From the NCBI GenBank assembly GCA_030704615.1, contig CM060732.1:40734001-40798000 (forward strand): 64,000 nucleotides of DNA. The letters run 5' to 3'. The DNA is from Takakia lepidozioides. Taxonomy: Eukaryota; Plantae; Bryophyta. Positions 49,398 to 62,606 of this stretch are shown here, one piece after another. The notes beneath the pieces were generated by a model, which worked only from the letters and a program-made list of their open reading frames with translations, made no database searches and had not been told where the DNA came from. The position numbers and the translations under genes are program-made. Every line of letters begins with the position of its first letter. Position 1 is the stretch's first letter.

Positions 49398-52011
49398 ATG
49401 GCACGGCCGCCAGGGAGGCGGAAGCTAGAGAAGGAGGAGATCGCAGTGCTGCTGTCGGTGGTGGCAACGGCAGTTGTATTAGTGCAGCGCTTTCTCACAG
49501 AAAACCAGTTGCTGATGCTGCCTGGCCACACCATGGCATTGGAGTCCTCCATGCGCGCTACCACTCTGGCTCTCACCAGGCTCCAAATGATGTTCTCTTT
49601 AGCTCAGGTCCGCATGTCCTATCCATATCATAACGCTCAGGTCCGCATAAGTCTTCATAGATACGTCGTATTAAGTAGATGTCTGCAATTCACAGACCGC
49701 TCGCAAGTCAATCTCCGGAGATAAGTCATTTACATAGTGTAAGACTCAGTGCTGCTACTTAATGAGCAGGCATTGTGTAGTTTACTAAATATTGTGATCT
49801 TGCCTTGCTATGAGGATGGTAGACACCCCTGAACCCGGAACCTCGCATCAGCATATCTCTTTGGATTGATTTAAAAGGCTCACCAGGCATTGTGAATTAG
49901 CTGCTGTTTCAACGTCGTAGATTAATGCAGTCCCGAGATTCCCTACGGATCCACTGTTTTGCCTCCTGATGTGATGTGGGCTTTTGTTGGACAATTGTCC
50001 TGCGTCTGGGGTCTACCATGCCAACCATCCCCTTATTCTCTGGAGGATTGGTGCAGACTTGAATAGCTGTGCCCAAAATTATCTGCAATCACGCTCAGAA
50101 CAAAATGGTTGTACAGGTGAGTCTTCCACTTCCCTCAGTAAGATCCGAGCAAAAGGAGCAGTATTCTGCGACGTGGTTTCTGGACTTTCTAGCAACGGCT
50201 ACTGATGACAAGGCATGGCGAGATACCTTTCGGATGCGAAAGGTTTCATTCTACCAGTTGGTTAAAGAGCTCGAGCCAATATTGCAGAGACAGGATAATA
50301 TGACCGAGGCGATTTCGGCAGATCGCAAATTGGGGGCTGGTCTCTACCGATTGGCCCACGGTGCTACATTCAAGTCAATTGGAAGAAAATTTGGGATGGG
50401 AAGGAATTCTTCCTGCAAGGCATTCTATGAGGTGTGCAAGGGATTGGAAGAGAAGCTGGGTTATCTTTTTGAGTTTCCATCTACCACAGAGGGATTGCAT
50501 TCAACCATCCAGGGATTTGCAATGCAGGGAATGCCTAATTGCTGTGGAGCTTTGGGGTTTACTCATTTTCTTGTGGAGAAGCCTGGAGAAGACATTGCGG
50601 CAGATTATTGTGATTTTGGCGGAAATTACAGTGTTGTCATGCAAGCTGTTGTTGACACGCATGGTCGGTTTCTGGATATATCTGTAGGATGGCCAGGATC
50701 AATGTCCCCTGCCTCCATTCTGCAGAGAACTCGATTCTATTCAAGAGTCGACTCATCTGGGGAGTTATTACAGGGATTGCCATTGGAGCTCAGCAACAGG
50801 CAGCTGGTACCCCAGTATTTGGTAGGAGATCAGGTGAGTGCTTCCATTTCTTTACTTTTTGCAGATTATCTAGTGCAGTTACTACTGTATGGAGGGTGCT
50901 CTATGATACATTGTGCTTTCTACTTGTCTGTCACATCCTCCTCTTGCTCTGCTGCCACATGCCTGCATGAGAAATCTCCTATCTGCAGCTCTCAGGGGTT
51001 TTATGCTGATGAGATGGAGAAATGTCTTTATTATGCATAATATGTTTGGCAGGATGTAGTCTACCAGGACATTATCTGTGTATCTTAGTGAGGTCTTATC
51101 AGGGCACATTGGTCACAGTGAGCCCTGTGCAATTTTTTCTGCTTCCGAATGCCTTAGACTGTTTTTTTGGGGGTTTTGAGATTGAGAAGTTTGTATGTTG
51201 GAGTATTTTGCTGAAGAAAAGACGGGGGTGAATTTCCATGTAGAACTGTCAAGACAAGTATATAAGACCTTTGTGTTTGGATGTAAGGCATGTCGCAGAT
51301 GAGTTTCACATCATGTATCAGATGGATGTATATCAACATTGAGAGTTGTCATTTTTGAAGGTTTCTGATAGAATGAAGCTAATAAGCTACCATCTAGGTG
51401 TGACATTACATGGATTACAGTCACGAGTGCTGATAACAGATGGTATATTTTACCATCATCTCTGATTTTTTTCCAAAATTCAAGGGGCAAGCCTAAGAAA
51501 GCAAGAGGTTCTGCATAAAGTCTGTGGGCATGAACAAGGATGTAACACCAAGTAACCAAGAGGTCAGAAGTGTCCGTGTGGTAATTACCATCTGTTGATG
51601 TAGCTCTGATTCATCTGTTGGGGACAGGTATATCCACTACTGCCATGGATCATGACACCATATGAAGGTGCTGATTTGACCGAGTCACAATCCATTTTCA
51701 ACAAGGTTCAGACCTCTGCAAGGAGGATGGTCGATAGGGCATTTGGGTTACTGAAAGCTCAGTGGCAGCTACTGAGCATGAGGCAAAAAGTGGATCAATT
51801 TGAGTTGCTACCTTTCATTGTGGCAGCGGCATGTGTATTACAGAACTTCCTGATCAACAGTGGTGAGCAGATAATTGATGATGTTCAGCCAGAAGTCAAC
51901 ACGAGGGAGTCTCTTGTATTGCCTAAGCAGAACGAGTCTGCCAAGGTTATTAGGGATGCAATTGCTGCGCACATGAGTTCCATTGCACACATGCATGCAC
52001 AAATGTCATGA
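49398..52011 (+). CDS. HDP1: Harbinger-transposase-derived nuclease-like protein (HARBI1/ALP1 superfamily, HDP1-like), 3 exons, about 436 aa
   Basis: Exons 49398-49607, 50117-50833, 51628-52011 (1311 nt). Motifs WRDTFRM, YRLAHG, MPNCCGALGFTH, QAVVDTHGRFLDISVGWPGSM, YLVGDQVYPLLPW and RAFGLLKAQW. The N-terminal NQLLMLPGHTMALES and TWFLDFL motifs and the loss of the first catalytic Asp resemble Arabidopsis HDP1 as I recall it. No TIRs. Confidence 0.8.
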
Positions 52012-52798
52012 CTGATTTGATGAGGACGCACTGATTGAGGGTTGTATGACTTTCTAGTTCCTGTTGGATACTAACCCCCTGGAGTTTCAGCCACCCAAGG
52101 TATACGATATTCCCCACCTAATTTGCTACACCGCCCATGACCAGCCAATGACAGATCAGTTACCTGGAATCAATAGCTAATGCCTTGTGCTGGCATCAGC
52201 AACATGCTAGAAAGGGCAAAGTTGATTCGGGAACTTCTACCCTCTAACTGCGAACCAATGTGAACAAGTGTGCACTGTCAGTCCACACTACTACAGGAGA
52301 GGAGCAGCTGAATTAACAAGAGAAGACAGCTCAATGACAGCCTCTCCATCATTTTTTGAGTGAGTCCAATCAGCTCACATTCACATTCTGGAAAACACAG
52401 AATATTCACTTTGGCCACTTGTTAAGGCATGGATCATACATGTCTGTGCTCAGGTTTCAGCTACTGTTACAGATCTAACATAGTTGCATAGCTTTCAGTC
52501 GATCACCATAGTGTTATGGAACGTGCCTCACTTTCCAGGTATCATATGATACCAACCCCAGTCTGCAAGTTGTTCTGTAGTATTGGAGGAAAGGTCAGGC
52601 TGCTGGTTCTGCTGCATATGGTAAGGTCTGAAACAATGGCTATATACCTGTTCCCTATTTGAGCCGATGAGCCAGAGTTGTTCGATTCATTCTGATCACA
52701 TGAAAATTCTCAATGTAATATATCTTGGTCGGATACCTATTGGCCCAAGCACATGGATACACACTCTTTTGTGAGTACCAATTTACATGTCACAACAG

Positions 52799-52860
52799 AA
52801 ACCCTGAGTGGCATGTCTTTCAAACCCTGAGTGGCATGTCTTTCAAACCCTGAGTGGCAT
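52799..52860. repeat. Tandem repeat, 23-bp unit x2.7
   Basis: AAACCCTGAGTGGCATGTCTTTC twice plus a partial third copy. Confidence 0.9.
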
Positions 52861-53238
52861 CAATTTGCAACAATAATGGGGATGTTAAACAAGAATTGAT
52901 ACTGTTCATACAATTCATGCCCTGAAAGGATCAGTGCAGGCAAATCTGCTTTGAAACTGTAATTGCAATTAACTCTGATGGGCCACAACCCTAAATGCTC
53001 TGCCGATATGATGGCACAAATACAGATCTTCTGCAAGAGCCGACCTAATTCACAAAGAGAACATCTCAGGTATAATTACGCATGGCTACTATGAGCTGCT
53101 ACTCTGGTAGCACTCTCATTTTACTTCTCCAAAATTGAGGGTGGAATGAACAGCTGTTAGACTCCCGGATACATTTCTCCCATTATATTCCCCCAAAGAC
53201 TGTCGTCCTAGATTGAAACAGCCTTGTTCATGAATGGT

Positions 53239-55389
53239 TTACTTGGCCGTGAAGGAGCTCCCACAGCCACATGCAGATGAAGCATTTGGGTTCACAGTGA
53301 CCTGCACCACAGCACCACTGACTTTGTCATTTCCTAATTATATCGAGAGAGGGTTGTACTCAGCATTGCTGGCTGTCCCTTAGAGAGAAGAGATGGATGT
53401 CATAAAGTATGGCTTACCGAGAAGGCCGCTCGGATTAGCTCCTCTGTAAAATCCACTGTAGAACCCTTGACAAATGAGTAGGACACGTCATCCACGACCA
53501 CCTTGGCTCCCTCCCTCTCAAACACTCTGCAACCGTATGACAACACCTACCCTTGGTCATCTCCTCCAACATGACAAGAAAACATAATTCTGACGCTTCT
53601 TTCTTGTGTATGTGATCCTCTTTGTACCTCACTTTCTGTCATTCTGCAGAGTTGTTGAATATGCCCATTCTACTCTCTGCCATGGCTACCAAAAACACAT
53701 GGAGTTTGTGTCATAGGAAGCTGAACGGATACATTTAGTGACAAGGAGCATCCAGAAATTGGCGAGGCATACTTATCATCACTGTTCAATTTGTCATCGA
53801 GAGCGAACGAGTAGAGAAAGCCTGAGCAACCGCCTCCCTCCACACTCAATCGCAACATCTTGTTCTCACCAGCAGGGCCATCTTCTTTCTTTATTTCATG
53901 TATTCTCTGCAACCCAGCAATGCAAGGGAGGAAGCATGTTGATCACAAAGCCTAGGCAAGGTGTCTATAGTGTGCATGAGAGCCATAGTCAGCTTGCCAT
54001 CAATCTTACCCGAGGGACTTCCTTGGCAACTTTAATATAATGAATAAAAAGATTGGCTCCCGCTTTACAGCCATGTGGCTCTGAAAGTTCAATCTTGTAG
54101 GTATAAATGCACAGAGAGGGTTCAACAACAATAATATCAACTTTCCGTGTTCAACATGATTAACATCCACCCAGAACCCAGGAAGGGAGAGGAGAGAAAG
54201 AGGGCAAAAAAAATGTACTTGTCAGTCACTGCTTTAGCCATGTGTAAATGGGGAGGGGAGAAAGAGATGCATGAATAGGAGTAAAATACCATAGAACAGT
54301 TTGATGGTGGAAATGAGTCCATTTCCACATGCCAAATCAGAGACCTTCACCAGGAACAACGTTCAATCTAGAACCAATCTGCTATCTATATAACCTTCAC
54401 ATGTGCTAGTTACGCCGGTTTGATTTCGTCCAACAGCTTCAGAGTGGACACACTATCTATCTAGAATGCGAATATCCACAACTCAGGACTTGCATACCAT
54501 AGTTCCTGTGGCCATCAACCGTGCAGAGAGGAAGAGCCACAAAGAAATAGAGGAATGCACCCGTTGGCTCTAGGCTGTAATGCTAGGTGTGATGTACCCT
54601 GGAGGACAGTATCCTTATCCATATAGTAGCCGGGTTCTAACAGAACTGCGACATGAGCACATTGATGATTTCAGCACTGCCCAATCCCTCGTCCTGAACA
54701 TAGGTATGATACATGTGGTTCTGGTGTGCGGTGTCCTCGCACTGTGGAAAAAAATGGGACGTGGGGAGATGTGTGTATACCCGAATACAGCTCTCAGTAA
54801 GGGTGAGTCCGTCTTGAACCGTCGCAGCAGCAGGTGCCTTGTCATCCTCCGCCGTCGACACATGTTGATGTCTTCTCGATATTACGTTCACTCTTCCCAG
54901 CTCGCTATTCAATCTCAATGGTACTGAATGCACTGGACGAAACAAAGCCTTCGGAGCTTCTAAACCTAACCCTAGCAAATAATTTGAACAGAATTTACCA
55001 GAAATTCGAGACAAAGAACAAGGTGAATTAGGCGACAGTGAAGATCGCTGGGACACAGAGCTTCCACTCGGGTCGCCGACCTCTCCTAGACTTTTAGTAG
55101 AAGTTTCAAGAGTGAAACAAAGGAGAGGGCTAAAATGTCCACGTTCTGAGGGATCCCAGGAACCCGACTGCATACACTGAGATGCAGACGCAAGATAGGT
55201 GTATGATTGACAATTCACAGATGCCAACAAGGGCACATACGCAAAGCTAGACGATGACGATGAAGAGTTGACTTGAGAGATAAGTCTACTAACAGCAGAT
55301 TTAGAGGAAATTATGTTTCGAGATTTTAAATCCGAGGATATCAGAGATTGGATACCCCGCCATAGCCTCACATCTGCACGCCTGGCCAT
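53239..55389 (-). CDS. ISCA2: Iron-sulfur cluster assembly A-type protein, mitochondrial IscA2-like (HesB family), 4 exons, about 304 aa
   Basis: Exons (minus) 55389-54781, 53906-53773, 53526-53418, 53301-53239 (915 nt). Motifs [40 protein letters not shown] and [14 protein letters not shown]. Confidence 0.92.
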
Positions 55390-55804
55390 GATAAAGCCTT
55401 GAATTTGACAAGCTGGAGATTACCCTCTTCCAGATTTAAGCAGGGAGCTGTCAACAAGAGCTCTGGCTGCATCAACATGAAATTGGGTACCTGATACTAA
55501 CATTCCAATATGTAATAACACAGTGTCTTCCTTGCAATTCCACACCGCCATCTCATCTTCTGCAGAGGAACCTTCCGAGAGAGAAGAAGATTTGAAAGAC
55601 AATGGCTTCCTTGGATGAATGTGAAAAATAGATGGATGTGGATATTGGATGGACATAGTCCAGGGTTTAGGGTTTGGGGTTGCCAGAATCTGGCTATGGT
55701 GTTTCGAAGCTCGATTGTTGCCTGGCGAGTTGAATTTCCTAAGGGGTTTTGGAATTCTGCTCTTAAATTTGGGGAAAACGAAAACACAGACGTAGGGATT
55801 CGGA
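55390..55804. promoter_or_regulatory. Putative bidirectional promoter
   Basis: 415 bp between the divergent ATGs of the IscA2-like and tRNA-binding genes; contains a telo-box-like AGGGTTTAGGGTTT. Confidence 0.5.
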
Positions 55805-58800
55805 ATGGAAGAAGCAGGTACTGCGATTGATGAGGCAATAGCACACTTGGACTCTTTGATTGCACGCCTGCAGCAGCCCTCTGGCTCTGCTCCTTCGGCG
55901 AACCCTCCATCGGGCACCACTCTTGCTCCCCCTCAGGAGCCGTCTTTCAAGGTGCGAATGCTAATTTTCTGTGATTATTGCTGTGCACCAAGTTTTGATA
56001 TCTCCATTCCATTGTACATAATTGTTGAGATGTCCATGTCTGTCTAGGAAGTGAATAACTTGAGTGTTCCAGGCTGATGAAGGCCATCAGGAAGAGGCCG
56101 GGGAGTACAAGGGACCTAAGGATGGGTCGAGTGACCTCAACTTTGTGAATGCTGTACCTAAGGTTTTTGAAGGTCGAAAGAGACCACGTATGTTCCCACC
56201 TGCAAGCCCTTTTGATGGTTTCTTTCCAATTCTCTGTGCAATGCATGCATGCTTACTAGTGTGGCTATATGCTCTATACTCTAATTTGTGGAAAAGTTGA
56301 AATTTTTGTGTAGATTTGTATCGTCACTGTATCTCCATTCAATTCATCAGACCCGTAATGTTGAATTTTTTTTCTTTGGGGATTTCGAGCTTACCTCTGT
56401 CTCAGCCTTCTTCTATCTTCATGGCACAAATATAGCAAGCATGTAGATACCATATCGGGCAGATACATAACAGTAGACCTGTAAACCAGGCCCTCTATTT
56501 AAGACTCATCCTGATTAGGATCAACTTATTCCTGGAGTATTGATTACAAGCTTTAAGTTCAAAAACAGCTTGTAAACTTCTCTTGGTATAGAAATCAAGC
56601 TCTGCTAAAGATGTATGTATCCATTGGGCCACTTTACTAGAGGTTTGATGTTGTCTGCCACATAAAGAAGGTTAAGCACATGTAATGTTAGTTACATGGT
56701 GGTTTTTGAACTCCTGATACATTGCAAGCACAAGGGACACTTGTGAGTTAGACACTTGGTAATGCAGGCTCTGACCTAAATAATTATACCTCAAAACAAT
56801 GTTGGTGATTGAGCAGGTAAAGGGAATCAGGATTCTTGTGAAAGTTTATGGCCTTATGGAGTGTGATAATGTGGTCATTGATTAGTTGCCATGGGGCATG
56901 GCAGTTAAACTCCCTGGAGGTGCAGGTGGCAAGCCTTCAATGGGGTCGGCATCTGAACATACAGAGAACTTTGATAAAGCTCAAATTCAGGTCCGTGGTC
57001 ATCCCAGTGTCACTACTTCGCTGATGATATGTTGTGCATCACAAACTCATCTTGATTTTCAAATTGTTGGGTTTGCACTATTTTTCCCGAGTGGAAATTG
57101 CTTGGTCTTATCACACTCTCTCTTTCTGCCTTTTGTTATACCCTCATTTTCTTTGTAACAGCGATCAATTCTCTGCAGTTTGAATAATGTGGAGTAAATG
57201 CATGCTGGCCTTGGGCGTGGATATTTTTAATCTCTGGTTCCCTCTCATATGCGAGTTCAGAGTTTGCTCTCACACTGATATGTGCATGGTGGTCAGGTTG
57301 GACTGGTGCAGACCGTTAGCAATCACCCCGTTTCAGAAAAGCTCTATGTCTGTAAAGTGGAAGTGGCTCCTGGTGAAATCAGACAGGTTTGTAACACTTA
57401 TTCTAGTGAACTAGTGTCCAATGTTCAATGAATGTGAGATCTTGCAATAGACCGAGGACTGGAAGTGACATGTGTTTCATAAAGATTACGTTCTAGCTGT
57501 AGTTCTTGTTTGGTATGTATTGGGCTCTAGCTGGTAACCGGCAAGACCGTGATCATTTTCCCAGTTTTAATCCTAGCCCAAAATTTCTCAGTCCTCAGTC
57601 TTTAAGTAACTCCTTGATTTGCAGGTGGTGGCTGGTCTCCGTCACTTTGTGAAGGCAGGGGAGTTGGAATCTAGGAAGGTCTGTGTCGTACTGAATCTCA
57701 AGCCTGCAAAACTTGCGGGCCAGGTCAGCGAAGCCATGATTCTGGCTGGTTCTATACCTACGGCAGAAGGAAGCGAGATTGTAAAGGTACATTCATACAT
57801 TCTTAGATTTACCTACCATACCTCTCATTGAAATTTAGCTGCCGTGGTTTCTAGTAGGCAATGCTTCTTACATATGTTCTGGGTGTTTTGGTTCCAGGTG
57901 CTTCAGCCCCCTATTGTGGCATCTGTTGGGGATCGTATTTGTCTGGAGGTGGGTTTCCTTCCTTGTGCTGACAGGAAACTTTACTGCAGTATTACATTGC
58001 TGATTGAGTTACCAGTATACTGTAGTAATGGGTCCACACCCGCAGTCCGAAACACTGCTTATTTGATTCCCAGTGACGCAAGTTTGCAAGGTTCAATAAT
58101 ATTTCCCCATGGTGGTCGTTGTGAGAGAGTAAAACTTTAACCACAGAGGTGACTGGTTGCAAGCAGACATAAATGGCACAGCTGTAACATCACTACATGC
58201 AACTCACAGAAAATATCGACAATGTATCGTTCGTTTTGTTTTGCAGGGAAGAGCCCCAGGTGCAAGCCCAGCTAAGCAGCTTAGCTCAAAAATCTGGGAG
58301 AAGATAGTTCCTCTTCTCAAAGTGGAAGGTACTTACTCATTGCATCCTATTGTCGTCAGAAATGTCTCCAATCTGCAATTGGCTATGTTTTTATGTGGGG
58401 AATGTTATTAATCTGTTTGGTTCATTGAGTCCTGCAATGTTTCTGACAACCGACCATTCACCTCTCTCCGTCCTCTCTGTTACGCTCCCTCTTGTAAAGC
58501 TCTTGTTGTTGGGTTATGAGAGCTGTTAGTTCAAGTCAGAGATCTCCATCCAATTTTCAAGTGACATTCAGCAGGAATCGCGACAGTGTCCTACCATCAC
58601 ACAAGCATGCATCCTTTTGTTGTGTGCATATGAAGGCATCTAGATGTCAATGTGCACTCTTTAATAAACTTCTCTGTCAAAGCCATGGAATGAGAACCTT
58701 AATGATATCTAGGCTGCATAATGTTCATGAGTGATTTGTTGTTGGTGATACAGGTGGCTTGGCAAAGTTTGACGGCCAATGCCTGAAAACATCTGTGGGT

Positions 58801-58845
58801 GCCATAACTGTGCCAGGGCTACCGGATGGAGCTGGCATCCATTGA
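55805..58845 (+). CDS. tRNA-binding OB-fold protein (Arc1p/EMAP II/MetRS C-domain-like), 8 exons, about 274 aa
   Basis: Exons 55805-55951, 56073-56187, 56905-56990, 57297-57386, 57625-57786, 57898-57948, 58247-58328, 58754-58845 (825 nt, in frame). Motifs IQVGLV...HPVSEKLYVCKVEV...RQVVAGL...VVLNLKPAKLAGQVSEAMILA...PP...VGDRI...KIWEKI. Confidence 0.9.
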
Positions 58846-59048
58846 TTTGTCAGTAAGAGATTTTTCAGATTGCAGTCTCTGTAGCTCTGTTCTCGCTGCA
58901 TGTGAATCCAACGGGAGAGGCAGAGGGAGCAGTGAAAACTGAAAAGAGGGGAGAGGGGAGCTGCTGCTAATACTCTATTGTAGTTCTCTCTTAATATGTA
59001 TCACCTAGTCAGGTGATCCTGGCCCTTCAACAGAGAGAAGGAAAGAAG

Positions 59049-59096
59049 AAATGAAATGAAATGGTACTTTATAACGTCCGCGGAAAGCTCAAAGAA
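59049..59096 (-). mobile_element. Extreme 3' tip of the RTEX-like LINE
   Basis: GAAATGAAATGAAATGGTACTTTATAACGTCCGCGGAAAGCTCAAAGA embedded in a (GAAA)n tract. Confidence 0.8.
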
Positions 59097-60324
59097 AGAA
59101 AGAAAGAAAGGAAGGTCCTTCTTATATCAAAGAGGAAATACTCCAGTTCTGGGGTGACCACAAACCGCAACGCCTGGTATGACCTGTGTTTGGTTGTGCG
59201 TTTTGTGTGAGAAAGAGAGGCACATGTGGCTCTACTGAGTTGATACAGGAAGAGGTGTCTTAATTATAGTTCATAGTTTGATGTGGAGTTGTGCCTCCTT
59301 CCGAGAGACAGAGGACACAGAAGTTGTCTCTTCTGTTGGATAATGATAAATGCTAAACATTCCACATGGAGAAACTCGATGCTGGAGTCTAAAGCAAGAA
59401 GCTGCAAATTCCCTTCCAAAGCTGTGTCCTTGAACTTAGTGAATGGAGATCTCTGATTGCAGATATATATATGTCGAGGCTTTTTATCTGTGTTTCACAA
59501 ACACTTATCAAGCAGTCTCTTGCTGGCTAGCACCCCCTGACTAACAGCAGAAATCAATGTAGCCCATCCTTCTAGTCTTCCACTCATTGCTGGTCCACTT
59601 TGTGCACTCTCAGTATCTGCTGGACTTGTATCCTCTTGCATTTCTGAATGATTCCAAAAGATGGAAGAAGCGACATAAGTCCCCTGTAATCTCCTCATTG
59701 TGTGCTCAAAATGTCCTAGCTGAACAGAGGCTTGCACAAGGCCAAATCATGGAGCACCTCAAAGGACGGCTCACTAGGAAACCCCTGGTGACACTTGGAA
59801 CACCTCAAGTGAAAGACCTTGATCATCCAAATGATAACAGCATCCGAGCAAGGTCATTGTAATTTAACATGACAGATTTGGAAGAAATTCAAGGTGCTGC
59901 TTGAGATCCAGGCAGGGAGAAGATGAAGAAGACGATATCGACAAAGAAAGAGGAAGGGAACATAAAGGAGGGACACCAGCAGACCCTCCCTTACATAGAA
60001 AAACCAAACCCGCCTGCATCATACCCAGGCCCATCCCTAGCCCTTATGATCTGGCCTTTTTCCCTTTCTGGGTGATACAAAATCTTCGCTGCCGCACTGC
60101 AATTGATGTGGATCATGCAATCTCGCCCAGTACCTCACGCACTACACACCTGTGTCTGTTGAGATCCAGCCTCCGAGAAGTTTGGGGACCACATGCAATC
60201 TCTGTGCATACTACTGCATGTGGGAAAACAGAAAAGCTGGTGAAGAATGGCGAAGTAGTGGTAAGTCATCCACGCTGGGAAGAGAGGAAAGGGCAGAGAG
60301 ACCGAAACTGAAGCTTGGAATACT

Positions 60325-62606
60325 ATGTGCACGGAGTCTGAAATTATGGATGAGAGCATTGCTCCTGAGATGATACGAGGACCTTTCTCTCAAGTCGTCT
60401 TTCCTTATCCTGAGTTTGAAGCTCCCGTGTCATCATGCGTTGTTGACACCACCATGGGCGACATGACATGGTTCTTCGTCTCTCTCTGCTTTGAGAGCAT
60501 ATCGTATTGGTCTTTTCTATATTATTCCATTAGGACACAGGATCGGAAGCAATATTGTAGACACTAAGTTAAAAGCTCCTTCTCGTCTGTTCACTTGTAA
60601 ATCATAAACCGGGCCTCCTATCCTGGAAACTATATGGCATGTTATATTGTGAAGCTATTGATCTTGACACAGTTTTTCAGAATTAACCTAGATCCGTGCT
60701 TATCAATGCATGAGACATCTCTGAATGGTTTCGATCATAAATTGTGAAGAGTTATAAGAAGAAACGTATTTCATGAGCAGTTCTATTACAAACATGCCCC
60801 CAAGACATGCGCAAACTTTATCGAGCTTGCAAGGCGTGGTTACTACGACTTGACGTTAATTCACCGTGTAATCAAGGTAATCTTCCTGGGCTTTTCTAGA
60901 GCTATCCAGTGAATCCACCTAAATCGGCACTGGCCCAGAACATAATTGGTCTTTGGGAACCTCCCAACCCACTGAGGAACTAGACTGGACCTCATGGTTG
61001 ATAAGCTTCCCCAATTTTAGCCGTCTTATCTGTGTGTTTCTTTTCAAGCCGCAAGTTTTCTTGTAAGAGGCGAATGGATTAACGTGTTGTGAGGGTTTCC
61101 AGGCTGTAAGCTTCATTTTCCAGTTGACATACTGTGTCCATTGGCATGTATTGCTGTACTAGCAACAAATTAGTAGACATTTGAACATTTGAACTATCAT
61201 CAGATCTATGTTGCATCGCAATCCTTCAACAATTGTGTCTCATAACTATCTTGTTGCCATATATTCAGAGCCTAGTTCAAGCTAGACTTCATTGCACAGC
61301 CTCGCTCAGTTGTCTCTGGGCCAGTGTTTGCACTCAGAACTTCATAATTCAAGGTGGGGATCCAACAAATTTCGGGAGAGGTGGCGACTCTATATACGGG
61401 TGCGTAAACATGACTTACAAGTTCTCATTACTTTCAACACGCATGCCGAAAACACATTGGCGCTTCAAATTTGCTTACTGCTGGCAAACCATTTGAGCAG
61501 TTGAGTACGTGTTGCACAGGTTTTGATGTCAAGATGACTTTAAAACTCAACCTATAAATATCTCTAATGCGATGAGTGCAGCCCAACGTTTGAGGATGAA
61601 TTCACAAGGGAGCTCAAGCACACCAGGGCAGGTGTTGTCTCCATGTCTAACAAAGGGTCCAATACCAATGGCAGCCAGTTTCTCATCACGCTTGGCCCCG
61701 CACGTTGGCTAGACGGTAAGGCAGATATAAGAGATTGTCCCTTGTCACCATGTACATAATCCATTTTCCTTCAGTTGGAACTGCGTTGCAGCGGAAACTC
61801 ACCCTTTTATACAGCTTACAATAGAAATTGAATGTAACTTTATCTAGAGTAAGAGTATGATGACTGGCGTTCATACGTGCATACCTTAAATAAAGCTTCC
61901 ATGCCAATGCGCGTGGTCTATCACACTTGTTGACTGTACATAGGTCTTCCAGATGAGATCCGTATCTTCCACTGCACATTTGTAGTTACTAGACCCACTT
62001 CTGGATATTATCGTAAGTACACTCAGCCTCCTGTCTCTTATACCAGACCATAAAATAAGTGGGGTGTGTGGCCACTGCAGGAAAGCACACAATCTTTGCT
62101 CGAGTTACCAAGGGCATGGATGTTTTGAGACGCATTGGCGGGGTTCACACTAACAAAATGACCGGTGAGACTTTCCAGCTTCAATTGATGAGTCAGCTGC
62201 ACCTCCTTTATACTCTCTCACTCTTCAACAGGTCCTCTCTCTTCCTGCGGCAACAAGGCTAAAGCACACAGCACAGTGGGTAGAAACCATGTCCTCCCAT
62301 CCTCAGAGTATCAATCAGCACTTCTGCCACAATGTTGTGCAATATTTTTGCGTACAGTACTCACTGTGACGTTAAGAGGACGTTAAGTGAAGGATTTACT
62401 CACAATATTCTAGGCATTGGCGTACATCGAAAGTTTTTTTGGCTTATGATAGATGTGGCAGGCCGCTGGAGCATGTGAAGTTCTTACGGGCAATGGTGAT
62501 TGATTCAGTCGCTCAAGGGTGCAGGCGGCCATATGCTGTAAATTGCCCCACCCACCCTCTCTCTCCCTTTCTTGTTTCATTCTCTCCTTTGACTGTCTAT
62601 CTGTGA
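60325..62606 (+). pseudogene. PPIL1/CYP18-type cyclophilin with apparent lesions (pseudogene, divergent paralog or sequence error)
   Basis: Exons about 60325-60477, 60781-60876, 61338-61399, 61582-61715, 62081-62164, and 62462 onward. Motifs DTTMG, YYKHAPKTCANF, HRVIKNFIIQGGDPT, FEDE...LKH, NTNGSQF, WLDGKHTIF and PLEHVKFLR. Exon 5 to exon 6 is out of phase by 1 nt, the exon-1 donor is irregular, and there is no stop after VID. Confidence 0.7.

Noticed and set aside
49398-52011. Active PIF/Harbinger transposon
   Set aside because: No TIRs or TWA TSD, no partner Myb/SANT ORF nearby, and a degenerate catalytic triad.
59470-60311. Additional 5' coding exons or a separate gene upstream of the cyclophilin
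   Set aside because: Short ORFs with no recognisable domain; one good donor (GTAAGT at 60261) but no consistent exon chain could be built.
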